The notes under the pieces: generated by a model
Database searches by the model: none
Told to the model about the DNA's origin: nothing
What the model saw: only the letters and a program-made list of their open reading frames with translations
Origin: Candidatus Iainarchaeum sp.
GTDB lineage: Archaea > Iainarchaeota > Iainarchaeia > Iainarchaeales > JAGVWC01
NCBI GenBank assembly: GCA_018304465.1
Contig: JAGVWC010000008.1
Coordinates: forward strand, 96,001 to 160,000
Length of the DNA: 64,000 nt
Direction of reading: 5' to 3'
Shown: piece after piece, positions 39,402-49,191 of the stretch
How the letters are laid out: the number at the start of each line of letters is the position of its first letter
Position numbering within the stretch: position 1 is the stretch's first letter
Position numbers and translations under genes: made by a program

Positions 39402-40388
39402 CACCGTCAACCGCTTTGACGCCGCTTTTTTCAAACGATTCATCACGGAAAACCCAATCCCTCGTTCCGGCACGCCTTGCACGACCGCACGCTTGATCTT
39501 GGCGTCGTCTAATGCGTGAAAAAACGCGAACAACCGCTTGCCCAGATCCGACGCGGAAGAAAACGAAAACACGACCCGGCCCGAAACGTTTTTCGCGACA
39601 TTGCTCGAACAAATCACCGGAACGGACCGCGGAAGACCGTTAAAAAAAGAAGCCAATTTTTTTCCGAAACCAGTCACCACCGTAATCTTGCACGCAGGAG
39701 AATAATGTTTGTAACGCATTCCCGGGGACGCCACTTTTTTCGGACGCGCATCCGATACCAACGACGCATGAAAACGCACATCGGGCAACCAAGGCTTCAA
39801 TTCCGAAATCCCGACCGGACCCGGACGCAAAACTACCTGATTTTCAAGGTCCAGCACCGTGGATTCGATGCCAAATACCGACGGACCGCCGTCCAGAATC
39901 GCGGAAACCCCCTTCATTTTTTTCACATGCCTTGACAACGTCGGGGACGGCTTGCTGGACGGATTCGCGCTTGGCGCCGCCACGGGAACATTCGCCATCG
40001 AGATCAGTTGTCGCGCAATCCGATTCGACGGCCACCGCACCGCGACCGTCGGCAAACCCGCGGTTACGATATCCGGAATCCGCGGCGAACGCAAAAACAA
40101 AACCGTCAACGGACCCGGCCAAAACCGCGACAAAAAACGCTTTTCTTTTTTGGACACCGACCGACCGATCACCAACGAAAGCATTTTCCAAGACGACACG
40201 TGCACAATCGTCGGATTTTTCTTCGGACGACGCTTTGCAACAAAAATTTTTTCAACTGAATCCGGCAAAAACGCGTTAGCGCCAAGACCATACACGGTCT
40301 CCGTTGGAAACACCACCAGCTTTCCCGAACGAATCAAATCCGCGCACAAACTGATGTTCTTTTTGGACGGAGAAAGCACGGATACCAT
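39396..40388 (-). CDS. sua5: threonylcarbamoyl-AMP synthase Sua5/TsaC
   Basis: FPTETVYGLGA, K.RP..NP, FWPGPLT, APSANPS, SPGM.YKHYSP. Confidence 0.96.
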   Translation of the reverse strand: MVSVLSPSKKNISLCADLIRSGKLVVFPTETVYGLGANAFLPDSVEKIFVAKRRPKKNPTIVHVSSWKMLSLVIGRSVSKKEKRFLSRFWPGPLTVLFLRSPRIPDIVTAGLPTVAVRWPSNRIARQLISMANVPVAAPSANPSSKPSPTLSRHVKKMKGVSAILDGGPSVFGIESTVLDLENQVVLRPGPVGISELKPWLPDVRFHASLVSDARPKKVASPGMRYKHYSPACKITVVTGFGKKLASFFNGLPRSVPVICSSNVAKNVSGRVVFSFSSASDLGKRLFAFFHALDDAKIKRAVVQGVPERGIGFSVMNRLKKAASKRLTVS

Positions 40389-40488
40389 ATATACACCCAA
40401 AGACGATAGAATAAAAAAAACCCCATAAAAACGAAAATAGGACAAATTATACCGAATAAAAACAGTTTGTTCCAAAAATATCCCTATT

Positions 40489-41487
40489 ATGAGGACAAAA
40501 ATTCAAATCGGGATCGCGTTATCCCGACGCGAAAGCGCGAAATCCGCATTCAAGGAAAGCCAAAAAATTTTCAAAAATCCGCGCTTTGAACTCGTCGTCG
40601 AAAAAAACCTCGAACTGAATCACCTCCAACACCGAAAAGAATTCCTAAAAAGCGACGTCTTTTTCGTTTTCGGCGGCGACGGAAGTTTTCTCAAGGTATG
40701 CCAGGCCATTTCAAGCAAAACCCCCGTGTATGGCATCGGTTGCGGCGAACGAAACTACCTTTCCCAAATCCCATGCCACCAAGCCGCCAAAGGAATCCAG
40801 GAAATACTCGGCCAACCCCTGCAAAGCGAATCAAAAACCCGCCTCGAAATCGAAGGAATTCCAATTCCCATCCTAAACGAACTCGTCATCTGCCCCGAAC
40901 ACTCCGCCACGGTGATGCACTACGAAATCTTCGTCAACCAAAAACGACTCTGGCACGACTATTCGGATGGCGTACTCATTTCAACGCCCACGGGATCAAG
41001 CGCGTACAACGCCGCCGCCGGCGGACCCTATCTTTTGGACCACACCAAAGCAGTGGTGATTACGTCGCTTCATTCCATTGAAAAACGCCGGCCCGTGGTC
41101 GTGAGCGAAGACGCCGTGATTCACATCAAAAAAATCCATTGTTTAGACCAGCACATTCAATTGGTGCTCGACGGACAACAACGCACACCCCTTACAACCA
41201 GCGAAATTATCCTCACAAAAAGCAACTCCCCCGTTTTTTTGGGAACCGCAAAACCCCCTCACACAAGCCCCGATTCCCAAACCATGGACCAATGGAGTCC
41301 CAGCAGCCGCTTTGTTTTTGCCCTTATTCGCCAACACGGCGCCATGACCCAGGGCGAACTTCAAAAAGCCACCGGATTAAACCTGCGCACCATCCGCAGA
41401 GCGGTTAAACAGCTCTTAAACGCCCAAGCCGTCACCAAGCGGCCGTTTGGACGCGACCAACGGCAAGATTTGTACCACCTGCTTTAG
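40489..41487 (+). CDS. NAD kinase with C-terminal winged-HTH fusion
   Basis: GGDGSFL, LNE, DGVLISTPTGSSAY..AAGG; C-terminal MTQGELQKATGLNLRTIRRAVKQL. Confidence 0.88.
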   Translation: MRTKIQIGIALSRRESAKSAFKESQKIFKNPRFELVVEKNLELNHLQHRKEFLKSDVFFVFGGDGSFLKVCQAISSKTPVYGIGCGERNYLSQIPCHQAAKGIQEILGQPLQSESKTRLEIEGIPIPILNELVICPEHSATVMHYEIFVNQKRLWHDYSDGVLISTPTGSSAYNAAAGGPYLLDHTKAVVITSLHSIEKRRPVVVSEDAVIHIKKIHCLDQHIQLVLDGQQRTPLTTSEIILTKSNSPVFLGTAKPPHTSPDSQTMDQWSPSSRFVFALIRQHGAMTQGELQKATGLNLRTIRRAVKQLLNAQAVTKRPFGRDQRQDLYHLL

Positions 41488-41641
41488 ACACGAAAAGCGG
41501 CAACCAACAAAAAAAAATCAATCTATCGTCGAGTGAACTCGTGAGCGTAAAAAAGTATAAATACCCAATGTCACTTTATACTTCCACCGCGAAAAAAAAG
41601 CAAAAAAATATTTTTTACGGTTAAAACAGGGGGAATGTGGG

Positions 41642-44600
41642 ATGACAATTAAGTTCGTGAAAAAGCGAGACGGCCGCGTAGTCGCCTTTAATCAAGACAC
41701 CATTACCAACGCGGTCTGGAAAGCCGCCAAAGCGGTTGGCGGAAAAGACAAATCACTGGCGGTCGAATTATCCAGAAAAGTCGTTCACGAACTCGAAAAA
41801 AAATTCCCCGAAAAACACGTTCCCACCGTGGAAGAAGTCCAGGACGCCGTTGAAAAAGTACTGATTGAACAAGGCCACGCGCGAACCGCGAAAGCCTACA
41901 TCATTTACCGCCAGCAACACGCCGAAATCCGGCGCGAAAAAGCCCTGGTGCTTGACAAACAAGAAACCGACGAAGTCGACAAACGATTCGACTTAAACGC
42001 GTTACGCGTCTTAAAAGCGCGTTACCTGCGCAAAGACGCCGCGGGAAAAACCATCGAAACCCCAAAAGAACTCTTCACCCGCGTCGCGGTACACGTACTG
42101 ATCCCCGAATTGCTCTACGATCCCCGCGTCTTTGACAAAGAAGCGACCCAAAAAACCCACCCCGTGGAGCCGTTTGACAACGTCGAAAACGAATACAAAT
42201 TATCCATTGGAAAATACCAACTCAACCAATACCATCTTGAAGCCCTAAAACGCGTGTACGATAAGTTTTCCCGCCAAGGCAAAATGAAAATGCCGTGGGG
42301 ACGATTCTTAGAAATGCTCAAAAACGGAGAATTCGACCAACACGAAACCAGCGGAGACGAATTCTACAGCCTCATGGTGTACAAAAAATTCATGCCCAAT
42401 ACCCCTGCGATCGCCAATTTCGGAGCGGTCCTTGGAATGGGCAGCGCCTGTTTTGTTATGGATGTCCGCGACAATATCGAAGGCATCATGGACACCCTCA
42501 AAAACGCCACCATCGTATTCAAATCCGGCGGCGGCGTCGGATACAATTTCTCGAAACTCCGACCCGAAGGCGATTTCGTTTCCACCACCACCGGCGCGGC
42601 CAGCGGCCCCATCTCGTTTATGGGACTGTTCGACAAAATGACCGAAGTCATCAAACAAGGCGGAATCCGCCGCGGCGCCAACATGGGAATTCTCAACTGC
42701 CTTGCAGGAGATACCGAGATTTCAACCATTGAAGGACGCAAAAAAATCAAAGAACTGGTTGGAACACAACCCCACCTGTACTGCCTAAATGATACCAATG
42801 AAGTGCGGATCCGGCAAGCGAACCGTGTCATCCACTCCGGCCAAAAAAAACTGGTTCGAATCACCTTCGACGACGATACCCGCATTGATTGCACGCCCGA
42901 TCATCGCATCATGCGCTCGAACGGCCAGTATACACACGCCCAAGACCTCCAGCCCCTTGACAGCGTCATGGCGTTCCATAAGAAAATACTCAACGACCGC
43001 TACTTTATCGGTTCCACTATGAGCCCACTTTCCCCCGAGCACGTCATCGCCACCGAAACCAACAGCAAAGTACTGATCGAGCAGACCGGCCAAACACGAT
43101 TGTCCAACGACCTGTGCGTCCACCACAAGGACAACAACCCCCTCAATAACCACCCGAATAACCTGCAAGTGCTTACCATTTCAGAACATGCCAAAATACA
43201 CTCCGATGTCCTGATCGAAAACCAAAAAAGAATCGCGATTTCACGGAAAGGAAAAACGATCGAACAGGTTTATGGCAGCGAAAAAGCGGATGCATGGAAA
43301 CAAAAAATGAGCCAAGCACGACGAAACAAAAAACCTTGGAACGCCGGCTCCGACACAGAAGTCTACAAAGCCCATTACAAAAACGGATTCAAGAACCAAT
43401 ACGAATACGCCAACGCCAACCACAAAGTGGTCAAAGTCGAACCACTGGAGGGCATTCACGACATCTACGACATTATCATGGACGATTACCACAACTTCGT
43501 CGCGAACGGCGTCTTTGTCCACAACTCAAACCACCCGGACATCGAAAAATTCATCACCGCCAAAGAAGGCAACAAACAACTCACCAACTTCAATATCTCC
43601 GTGCTCATGATGCCGGACTTCTGGGAATACTACAACAAAAACGAACCCTACCCCCTGATCAATCCCCGCGACGGAGAAGTCGTCCGAACCGTGAACCCCC
43701 GCATGCTCTTTGACATGATTGTCTACCAAGCATGGGAAAGCGCGGAACCCGGCGTGATCTTCTACGACAAAGTCAACGAATACAACCCGTTCTACGAACA
43801 CCTCGGACCCATTGTGACCACGAATCCCTGCGTGACTGGAGACACGCGCGTATCCACCGCAAAAGGATTGGAACGCATCGACCAACTTGCACCCGGCCTA
43901 ATTACTGTGGATTCGCGTGTAAACGCGCTTTCAAACAAAAGCGGCTCGAAATCGCTCCAACTTGGAACCCAGCAAGGAACCGCAATTCAGGTCATTAAAA
44001 CTGGAACCAAACCCGTGTTCCGAGTGGAAACCACCAGTGGATTTGAAATCAAAGCAACAGCAGATCACAAGATACTGACCCCCCACGGATGGAAAGCAGT
44101 TGAGCAACTGACCGCTGGAAACGAAATACTGATCCAAAGCGGGGCAGGAAAATTCAATTCAGATTCCGCATTACCTTTTATTGTGGAAAATACCCCCGTC
44201 GGAAAAAACGGAAAAAAGTACCGGAATAACCTTCCCGCAAAATGGAGCTACGATCTCGGCCTCGTTATGGGCTGGATGCTCGGCGACGGATGGCTCAATG
44301 ATCAAGCGAACCAAGTGGGGCTCGTATTTTCAAAACCGGACTATGAAGCAAAAGAACAGCTCAAACCTATTTTTGAGCATTATTGTAACCGATCCATAAA
44401 GCTCACCAACAGAGATCAAAGTGCAGTTCAGATCCGAAGCAACAGCAAGTATGTTACAGAGTACTTCTTCAAACTCGGACTCACTTCCGTCGATAAGGAA
44501 AAAGAAGTTCCAAGCACGATTTACACCGCAACCGAAGAGGCAGTCAGAGGATTCCTCAAAGGATTATTTTCTTCGGATGGAACTATTGCGCACCAAAAAG

Positions 44601-46243
44601 AGAGCAGAAACTATGTACGACTAAATTCCAGTTCACTTACATTACTCAAAGGAGCGCAACGATTGCTTCTCAATCTTGGAATCAAAAGTACGATTTATGA
44701 TCGCTCAACCGAACCAAAAACATTCAAATACATCACGGCAAAAAACCAAACTAAGCAATATCAAACCAGTGGCGAAAATTATGAGCTAAATATCAGCAAA
44801 GAAAATTTGCCACGCTTTTTAGACAAAATCGGTTTCATTCAAAGCCGACACACCCAGACGGCAGCAAAAATACAACAACACGAATTTTACACTGAATATT
44901 TTGTTGAAAAAATAAAAACCATCGAGGCTGCCGGCATCGAAGATGTCTACGATCTTACGGAACCGACCACCCATTCATTTATCGGAAACGGAATACTGCT
45001 ACATAATTGCGGCGAAGTATTGTTGTATCCGAACGAAAGCTGTAACCTTGGAAGCGTCAATGTCTGGACGTTTTTCAAAGAAGACGAAGACGGAACCCAA
45101 TACTTTGACTGGGATGACCTCAAAAAAACCGTGCAAACCGCAAGCAAGTTTCTCGACAACGTCATTGACGTGAACAAGTTTCCATTAAAAGCCATCGAAG
45201 ACATGACCGACGCCACGCGCAAAATCGGACTCGGAGTCATGGGCGTCGCCGACTTGTTTTACGAACTCAAACTCCCCTACAATTCCCCCGAAGCGCGCGA
45301 TGCCGCCGAAAAACTCATGGAATTCATCAACTACCACAGCAAAGCCGTTTCCATTGACCTGGCCAAAACCCGCGGACCCATGCCCTACAACGACAAAAGC
45401 TTTTACCTCGAAGGCCGGCTCGCGATTTCAGGACCCGAAACCAAAGAAAAACTCCACTTCAACTGGGACGACATCCGCGAAGGATACAAAAAATTCGGTT
45501 CCCGCAACGGCTACAACACCGTCATCGCGCCCACCGGAAGCATCTCCATGATCGCGGGCTGCAGCTCCGGAATCGAACCCGTGTACTCACTCGTATTCGA
45601 AAAAAACGTCAAAGTCGGAAGCTTCTACTACGTCGACCCCGTCTTTGAACGCATCATGAAACAAGAAGGACTCCACGACAGCAAACTCATGGAAGACGTA
45701 TCCGAAAACGGCGGAAGCATCCAACACATCCCGTATTTGACCAACGAACAAAAACACGTTTTCGTCACTGCCATGGACATCACCCCTGAAGACCACATCC
45801 GAATGCTCGCCGCGTTCCAACGCTGGTGCGACTCCAGCATTTCGAAAACCAACAACTTTCCGGCCGACGCGACCGTCGAAGACATGCGCGCCAGTTACCT
45901 GCTCGCATACCAATTGGGATGCAAAGACGTTACGGTTTTCCGCGACAGCTCCATCAAAGCCCAAGTGCTGAACGCACCCAAGAAAAAAACCGTGGACACG
46001 AGCTCGCTCAAACTCGAGGCCAGCAAAGCCCAAACCATGCAAGCGATTTCGCCTTCACCTGCCCCCATAACCCAAACCGCCAAACCCGCGGAAACAAAAC
46101 AAGTCACGGGCCGAAGCACTTCGACAGTCCAGCAACCCAAAAGCAAATACGAAATCACGAACTGCCCCAACTGCAACTCCGTGACCCAAATCAAAGAAGG
46201 CTGCGTCAACTGCCCCGAATGCGGCTGGGGAATGTGCAACTAA
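41642..46243 (+). CDS. nrdJ: class II (B12) ribonucleotide reductase with ATP cone and two inteins
   Basis: VKKRDG ATP cone, PNTP...SACF, RRGANM, NP/CGE, APTGSIS, C-terminal CxxC pairs. Confidence 0.96.
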   Translation: MTIKFVKKRDGRVVAFNQDTITNAVWKAAKAVGGKDKSLAVELSRKVVHELEKKFPEKHVPTVEEVQDAVEKVLIEQGHARTAKAYIIYRQQHAEIRREKALVLDKQETDEVDKRFDLNALRVLKARYLRKDAAGKTIETPKELFTRVAVHVLIPELLYDPRVFDKEATQKTHPVEPFDNVENEYKLSIGKYQLNQYHLEALKRVYDKFSRQGKMKMPWGRFLEMLKNGEFDQHETSGDEFYSLMVYKKFMPNTPAIANFGAVLGMGSACFVMDVRDNIEGIMDTLKNATIVFKSGGGVGYNFSKLRPEGDFVSTTTGAASGPISFMGLFDKMTEVIKQGGIRRGANMGILNCLAGDTEISTIEGRKKIKELVGTQPHLYCLNDTNEVRIRQANRVIHSGQKKLVRITFDDDTRIDCTPDHRIMRSNGQYTHAQDLQPLDSVMAFHKKILNDRYFIGSTMSPLSPEHVIATETNSKVLIEQTGQTRLSNDLCVHHKDNNPLNNHPNNLQVLTISEHAKIHSDVLIENQKRIAISRKGKTIEQVYGSEKADAWKQKMSQARRNKKPWNAGSDTEVYKAHYKNGFKNQYEYANANHKVVKVEPLEGIHDIYDIIMDDYHNFVANGVFVHNSNHPDIEKFITAKEGNKQLTNFNISVLMMPDFWEYYNKNEPYPLINPRDGEVVRTVNPRMLFDMIVYQAWESAEPGVIFYDKVNEYNPFYEHLGPIVTTNPCVTGDTRVSTAKGLERIDQLAPGLITVDSRVNALSNKSGSKSLQLGTQQGTAIQVIKTGTKPVFRVETTSGFEIKATADHKILTPHGWKAVEQLTAGNEILIQSGAGKFNSDSALPFIVENTPVGKNGKKYRNNLPAKWSYDLGLVMGWMLGDGWLNDQANQVGLVFSKPDYEAKEQLKPIFEHYCNRSIKLTNRDQSAVQIRSNSKYVTEYFFKLGLTSVDKEKEVPSTIYTATEEAVRGFLKGLFSSDGTIAHQKESRNYVRLNSSSLTLLKGAQRLLLNLGIKSTIYDRSTEPKTFKYITAKNQTKQYQTSGENYELNISKENLPRFLDKIGFIQSRHTQTAAKIQQHEFYTEYFVEKIKTIEAAGIEDVYDLTEPTTHSFIGNGILLHNCGEVLLYPNESCNLGSVNVWTFFKEDEDGTQYFDWDDLKKTVQTASKFLDNVIDVNKFPLKAIEDMTDATRKIGLGVMGVADLFYELKLPYNSPEARDAAEKLMEFINYHSKAVSIDLAKTRGPMPYNDKSFYLEGRLAISGPETKEKLHFNWDDIREGYKKFGSRNGYNTVIAPTGSISMIAGCSSGIEPVYSLVFEKNVKVGSFYYVDPVFERIMKQEGLHDSKLMEDVSENGGSIQHIPYLTNEQKHVFVTAMDITPEDHIRMLAAFQRWCDSSISKTNNFPADATVEDMRASYLLAYQLGCKDVTVFRDSSIKAQVLNAPKKKTVDTSSLKLEASKAQTMQAISPSPAPITQTAKPAETKQVTGRSTSTVQQPKSKYEITNCPNCNSVTQIKEGCVNCPECGWGMCN
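42698..43525 (+). mobile_element. intein (276 aa) with HNH endonuclease
   Basis: CLAGDT...TPDH...VHHKDNNPLNNHPNNL..L..SEH...VHN/S. Confidence 0.93.
43829..45007 (+). mobile_element. intein (393 aa) with LAGLIDADG endonuclease next to the RNR radical Cys
   Basis: NP/CVTGDT...TADH...GWMLGDG...GLFSSDG...LHN/CGE. Confidence 0.95.
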
Positions 46244-46284
46244 GCCTTTTATCTGCGGATAAAAGCCTTGGGAAAAACCGCTCA

Positions 46285-46887
46285 TTAGCCCAAATGCTTC
46301 GTGCAATTGAGCACCGAAAAATGCGGTTTTTTTCCCTCTTCGATTTCGAGCACTGAAACGGCGGTGTTCTTCGGGTGGATTTTATGAAATTCCTCTAATG
46401 TGGGTTCAAGCTCGAAAAAAAACGCAATTAATGTGGACATCCAGACACCGTGACCAACCAAAAGAACAGTTTGATTTGAATGCTTTTTTTTAAGTTCTTC
46501 AATTAAGTCTAATGCTCTTTTCTGGGCATCCAGAAAAGATTCGCCGTTTTTGGTACGATGCTTCGCATATGGAACACCGGATTCCTGACGCTCTTTTCGG
46601 ATAACGCTTAATGGAAGACCCACAGCGTCTCCAAGAGAACGCTCGCGCAGCAGGGGCGAGTAAACCGGTTTGAGCTCGAAATGAAATTTCAAGATTTCCT
46701 TTGCGGTTTCGACCGCGCGTGGATAATCGCTCACGTACACCGCATCGATTTTCTCGTCCTTGAGACGCAACGCGAGTTTTTTTGCTTGGTTAATTCCAAG
46801 AATAGTCAAGGGATCATCGGCGTCTTTTCCAATGTCCTTGACATTACACTCGGTTTCGCCGTGCCGGACCAAAATGAGTCGCAACAT
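46285..46887 (-). CDS. histidine phosphatase (phosphoglycerate mutase) family protein
   Basis: LVRHGET, SDY.RA.ETA, LRE, GES, VGHG. Confidence 0.92.
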   Translation of the reverse strand: MLRLILVRHGETECNVKDIGKDADDPLTILGINQAKKLALRLKDEKIDAVYVSDYPRAVETAKEILKFHFELKPVYSPLLRERSLGDAVGLPLSVIRKERQESGVPYAKHRTKNGESFLDAQKRALDLIEELKKKHSNQTVLLVGHGVWMSTLIAFFFELEPTLEEFHKIHPKNTAVSVLEIEEGKKPHFSVLNCTKHLG

Positions 46888-46937
46888 GAAGAAATCTGAA
46901 TCCCATTCTTTTTAAGAATTCCCCCGCAAAATTATTT

Positions 46938-47206
46938 GGGCCAGGTGAGGGGGCTAGCGGTCCCCTGTACCCGAAATCCGCTTCATGCGGGAACCCACGC
47001 TGTCAAAACGTGAATTGGGCTTGTACCAAAGCCATTGTTTGGACGACGACCCTTTGTCCTAAAAGGTCGATGGCAATTGCCAACCCGCCAGGTTCGGAAG
47101 AAAGCAACGGTACCAATCGTCTTCGATGCTTTTAGACCGCAGAGGCGAGGAAAAACAATGGACTAAACTTTGGGACAAAACCAGTGCGCTATTTGGCAGC
47201 GGCCCA
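46938..47206 (+). ncRNA. ffs: archaeal SRP RNA (7S)
   Basis: Terminal GGGCC/GGCCC helix, Alu-like UGUAC, helix 8 CCGCCAGG-TTC-GGAA-GAA-AGCAACGG. Confidence 0.88.
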
Positions 47207-47214
47207 CTTGAAAA

Positions 47215-47958
47215 TTAATCCGAAGACAACGAAAACGCGGAATCAAACGCGTCCAGCAGCACCCGATTTTTCCGCAACACGTTCCGCGTGGCCGTCAAAA
47301 GCAATCGAAGCTCCCGCGAAGACGTAGCCAAGCGCCGCACGTTTCGAACCAATAGCGACGCGCGTTCTTTTGGAGACACGGGAATAATCGTTCCATCCGA
47401 AGTCAAATTCACGATTTCGTCCAAATTCAACGGAATCACTCGGCTTTTTTCGCGGACAAAACGCGAGATAAAACTCGGACTTGGAATAAAACCCGCGGCC
47501 GCCACTTTTGCCAATTCAACTGCCGCGTCTTTTCGCGCAGCCGCAGACGGAAGGTCCTCAAGCCGAGTCTGAATCACTTTGGTTCTTTTTTCGGTGGAAC
47601 CAAACAACTGCGAAACCAACACCCATTGATCTTTTTTGGAACCCGCGGAAAGCCGTGTCATCCCCATTTTTGGAATCCGGACCTTTGCATCCATTAAACG
47701 GTTGATCACGTTTTGATACGAACGCGCATGAGCATGTGAAAGCGGAGTCGAAAACACCTGGATCGCGACCCGTTTCATCACACGTTTTCGATCAGGATGT
47801 TTTGGCGTAGCGGCAGGCGAATGCGGCGCTCCCTCGAACATGGCACGCCCCGCATACACGCGTCCGCGAAGCCCGGATCCGAGCAAAGCCGGCGAACCCG
47901 AAGAAGCGGAGGTAATCCACACCCGGTTGGCATGCTTAAAAAAAAACTTTCGAGGCAT
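47215..47958 (-). CDS. basic orphan with protein-kinase-like fold (probable pseudokinase)
   Basis: LGSGLRGRVY Gly-loop, KRVAIQVF, WVLVSQLF, PLNLD. Confidence 0.65.
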   Translation of the reverse strand: MPRKFFFKHANRVWITSASSGSPALLGSGLRGRVYAGRAMFEGAPHSPAATPKHPDRKRVMKRVAIQVFSTPLSHAHARSYQNVINRLMDAKVRIPKMGMTRLSAGSKKDQWVLVSQLFGSTEKRTKVIQTRLEDLPSAAARKDAAVELAKVAAAGFIPSPSFISRFVREKSRVIPLNLDEIVNLTSDGTIIPVSPKERASLLVRNVRRLATSSRELRLLLTATRNVLRKNRVLLDAFDSAFSLSSD

Positions 47959-48015
47959 ACGACCGTAGGTTTTCAAGACAGTACAAATTTAAATAAACGT
48001 GCGTTATCTTGTTGC

Positions 48016-48435
48016 ATGCCACGACCCGGAAGCCTTCGAAAACCCATCGAGCTCCTCAAAAAACAAGCCAAGAAAAAAGAAGCCGAGTGGAACAAAGCCA
48101 AAACCGATCGGACAAACGCCCAGCAACAGGTGCGAAAAACCGAATCGCATATTCGCTACGCATTCAACTACGAACCTGTTCCGATCCTGAATCCCGACCG
48201 ACGCGACGAAAGCGTGCTCGACTTTCAAGCCGCGCGAAAAAAAGAACAAAAAACAATCCGCGCGGAACAATCCACCGAAACCAAAGCGCGTCACGCCGAA
48301 TATATGGTGTTAGACGCCCAAAAACTTCGAAGCAGCGTCGTCGGAAAAGCTGTCCGGATCATCACCGGCGGAGAAAAACTCTGGAGCCGAACGCGAAAAA
48401 TTAAAACGAAAAGGAAAAAAAACACCCGTTCGTAA
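48016..48435 (+). CDS. basic orphan protein
   Basis: MPRPGSLRKPIELLKKQAKKK...; TTTAAATA about 25 nt upstream. Confidence 0.65.
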   Translation: MPRPGSLRKPIELLKKQAKKKEAEWNKAKTDRTNAQQQVRKTESHIRYAFNYEPVPILNPDRRDESVLDFQAARKKEQKTIRAEQSTETKARHAEYMVLDAQKLRSSVVGKAVRIITGGEKLWSRTRKIKTKRKKNTRS

Positions 48436-48436
48436 C

Positions 48437-49126
48437 TTAGCGTTTTGTACCCACCGTAAAACCATTGGCCAATTCTAACATTACCGTTTTAGGATCTGCC
48501 ACGGGCACAACAGCAGCTGCCAAAAAAACCCCTTTTGTTCCGAGTGCAAGCGATGCACGGGTATCTTCCGAAGAAGCAACTCCCGCACCCATAATCGGGA
48601 TCACCGAGTCATTCACAGAAAAAATCGCTTTAACGGACCTAGCCACTAAATCCGGATCCACACGCGAAATCGATTTTAATGTTCCGATCAGTTCCGGAAG
48701 TTCAATTGCTAAAAAATCAGGCGAAAATTCCGCAATTGAACGCGCACGCGAATCGTTTTCTGCGCACGCCAAAACCTCAAGACCGATGCCGTGCGATCGT
48801 TCAATCACCGCACGAACCACTTCATCTGAAACCGGATCCTCCGCGTGATTAACCACCACTCCCGCAGCACCGGCTTCTTTTAGCGCTTCAGGCAAAATTT
48901 TTCCGTTTCCTTTTCCAAATGAAACCGGATCCACGTGCTGAGAAAAAACCGGGACCGAAACCGAAGACGCCACCAACCGCACGTCCACCGGAGAAACCAC
49001 CGGAACAATTGACACCCCGGTCTTTTTGGCCACTTCCTGGCACAATTTCGCCAATGTTAGCGCATTTTTTCCAAACCCTTGCTGATAAACCTTAAAATTC
49101 ACAAACAAAACCGGCAATTCCACCAC
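48437..49126 (-). CDS. tpiA: triosephosphate isomerase (archaeal type)
   Basis: VNFK, QHVD, NHAE, IELPELIG, GAGV; GGTGA-GATC-GTG start. Confidence 0.93.
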   Translation of the reverse strand: MVELPVLFVNFKVYQQGFGKNALTLAKLCQEVAKKTGVSIVPVVSPVDVRLVASSVSVPVFSQHVDPVSFGKGNGKILPEALKEAGAAGVVVNHAEDPVSDEVVRAVIERSHGIGLEVLACAENDSRARSIAEFSPDFLAIELPELIGTLKSISRVDPDLVARSVKAIFSVNDSVIPIMGAGVASSEDTRASLALGTKGVFLAAAVVPVADPKTVMLELANGFTVGTKR

Positions 49127-49191
49127 GATCTCACCCCAAAAAATAGGGAAAAACACTATTTAAGGGTTTTTGGAACCACTACATTAATACC

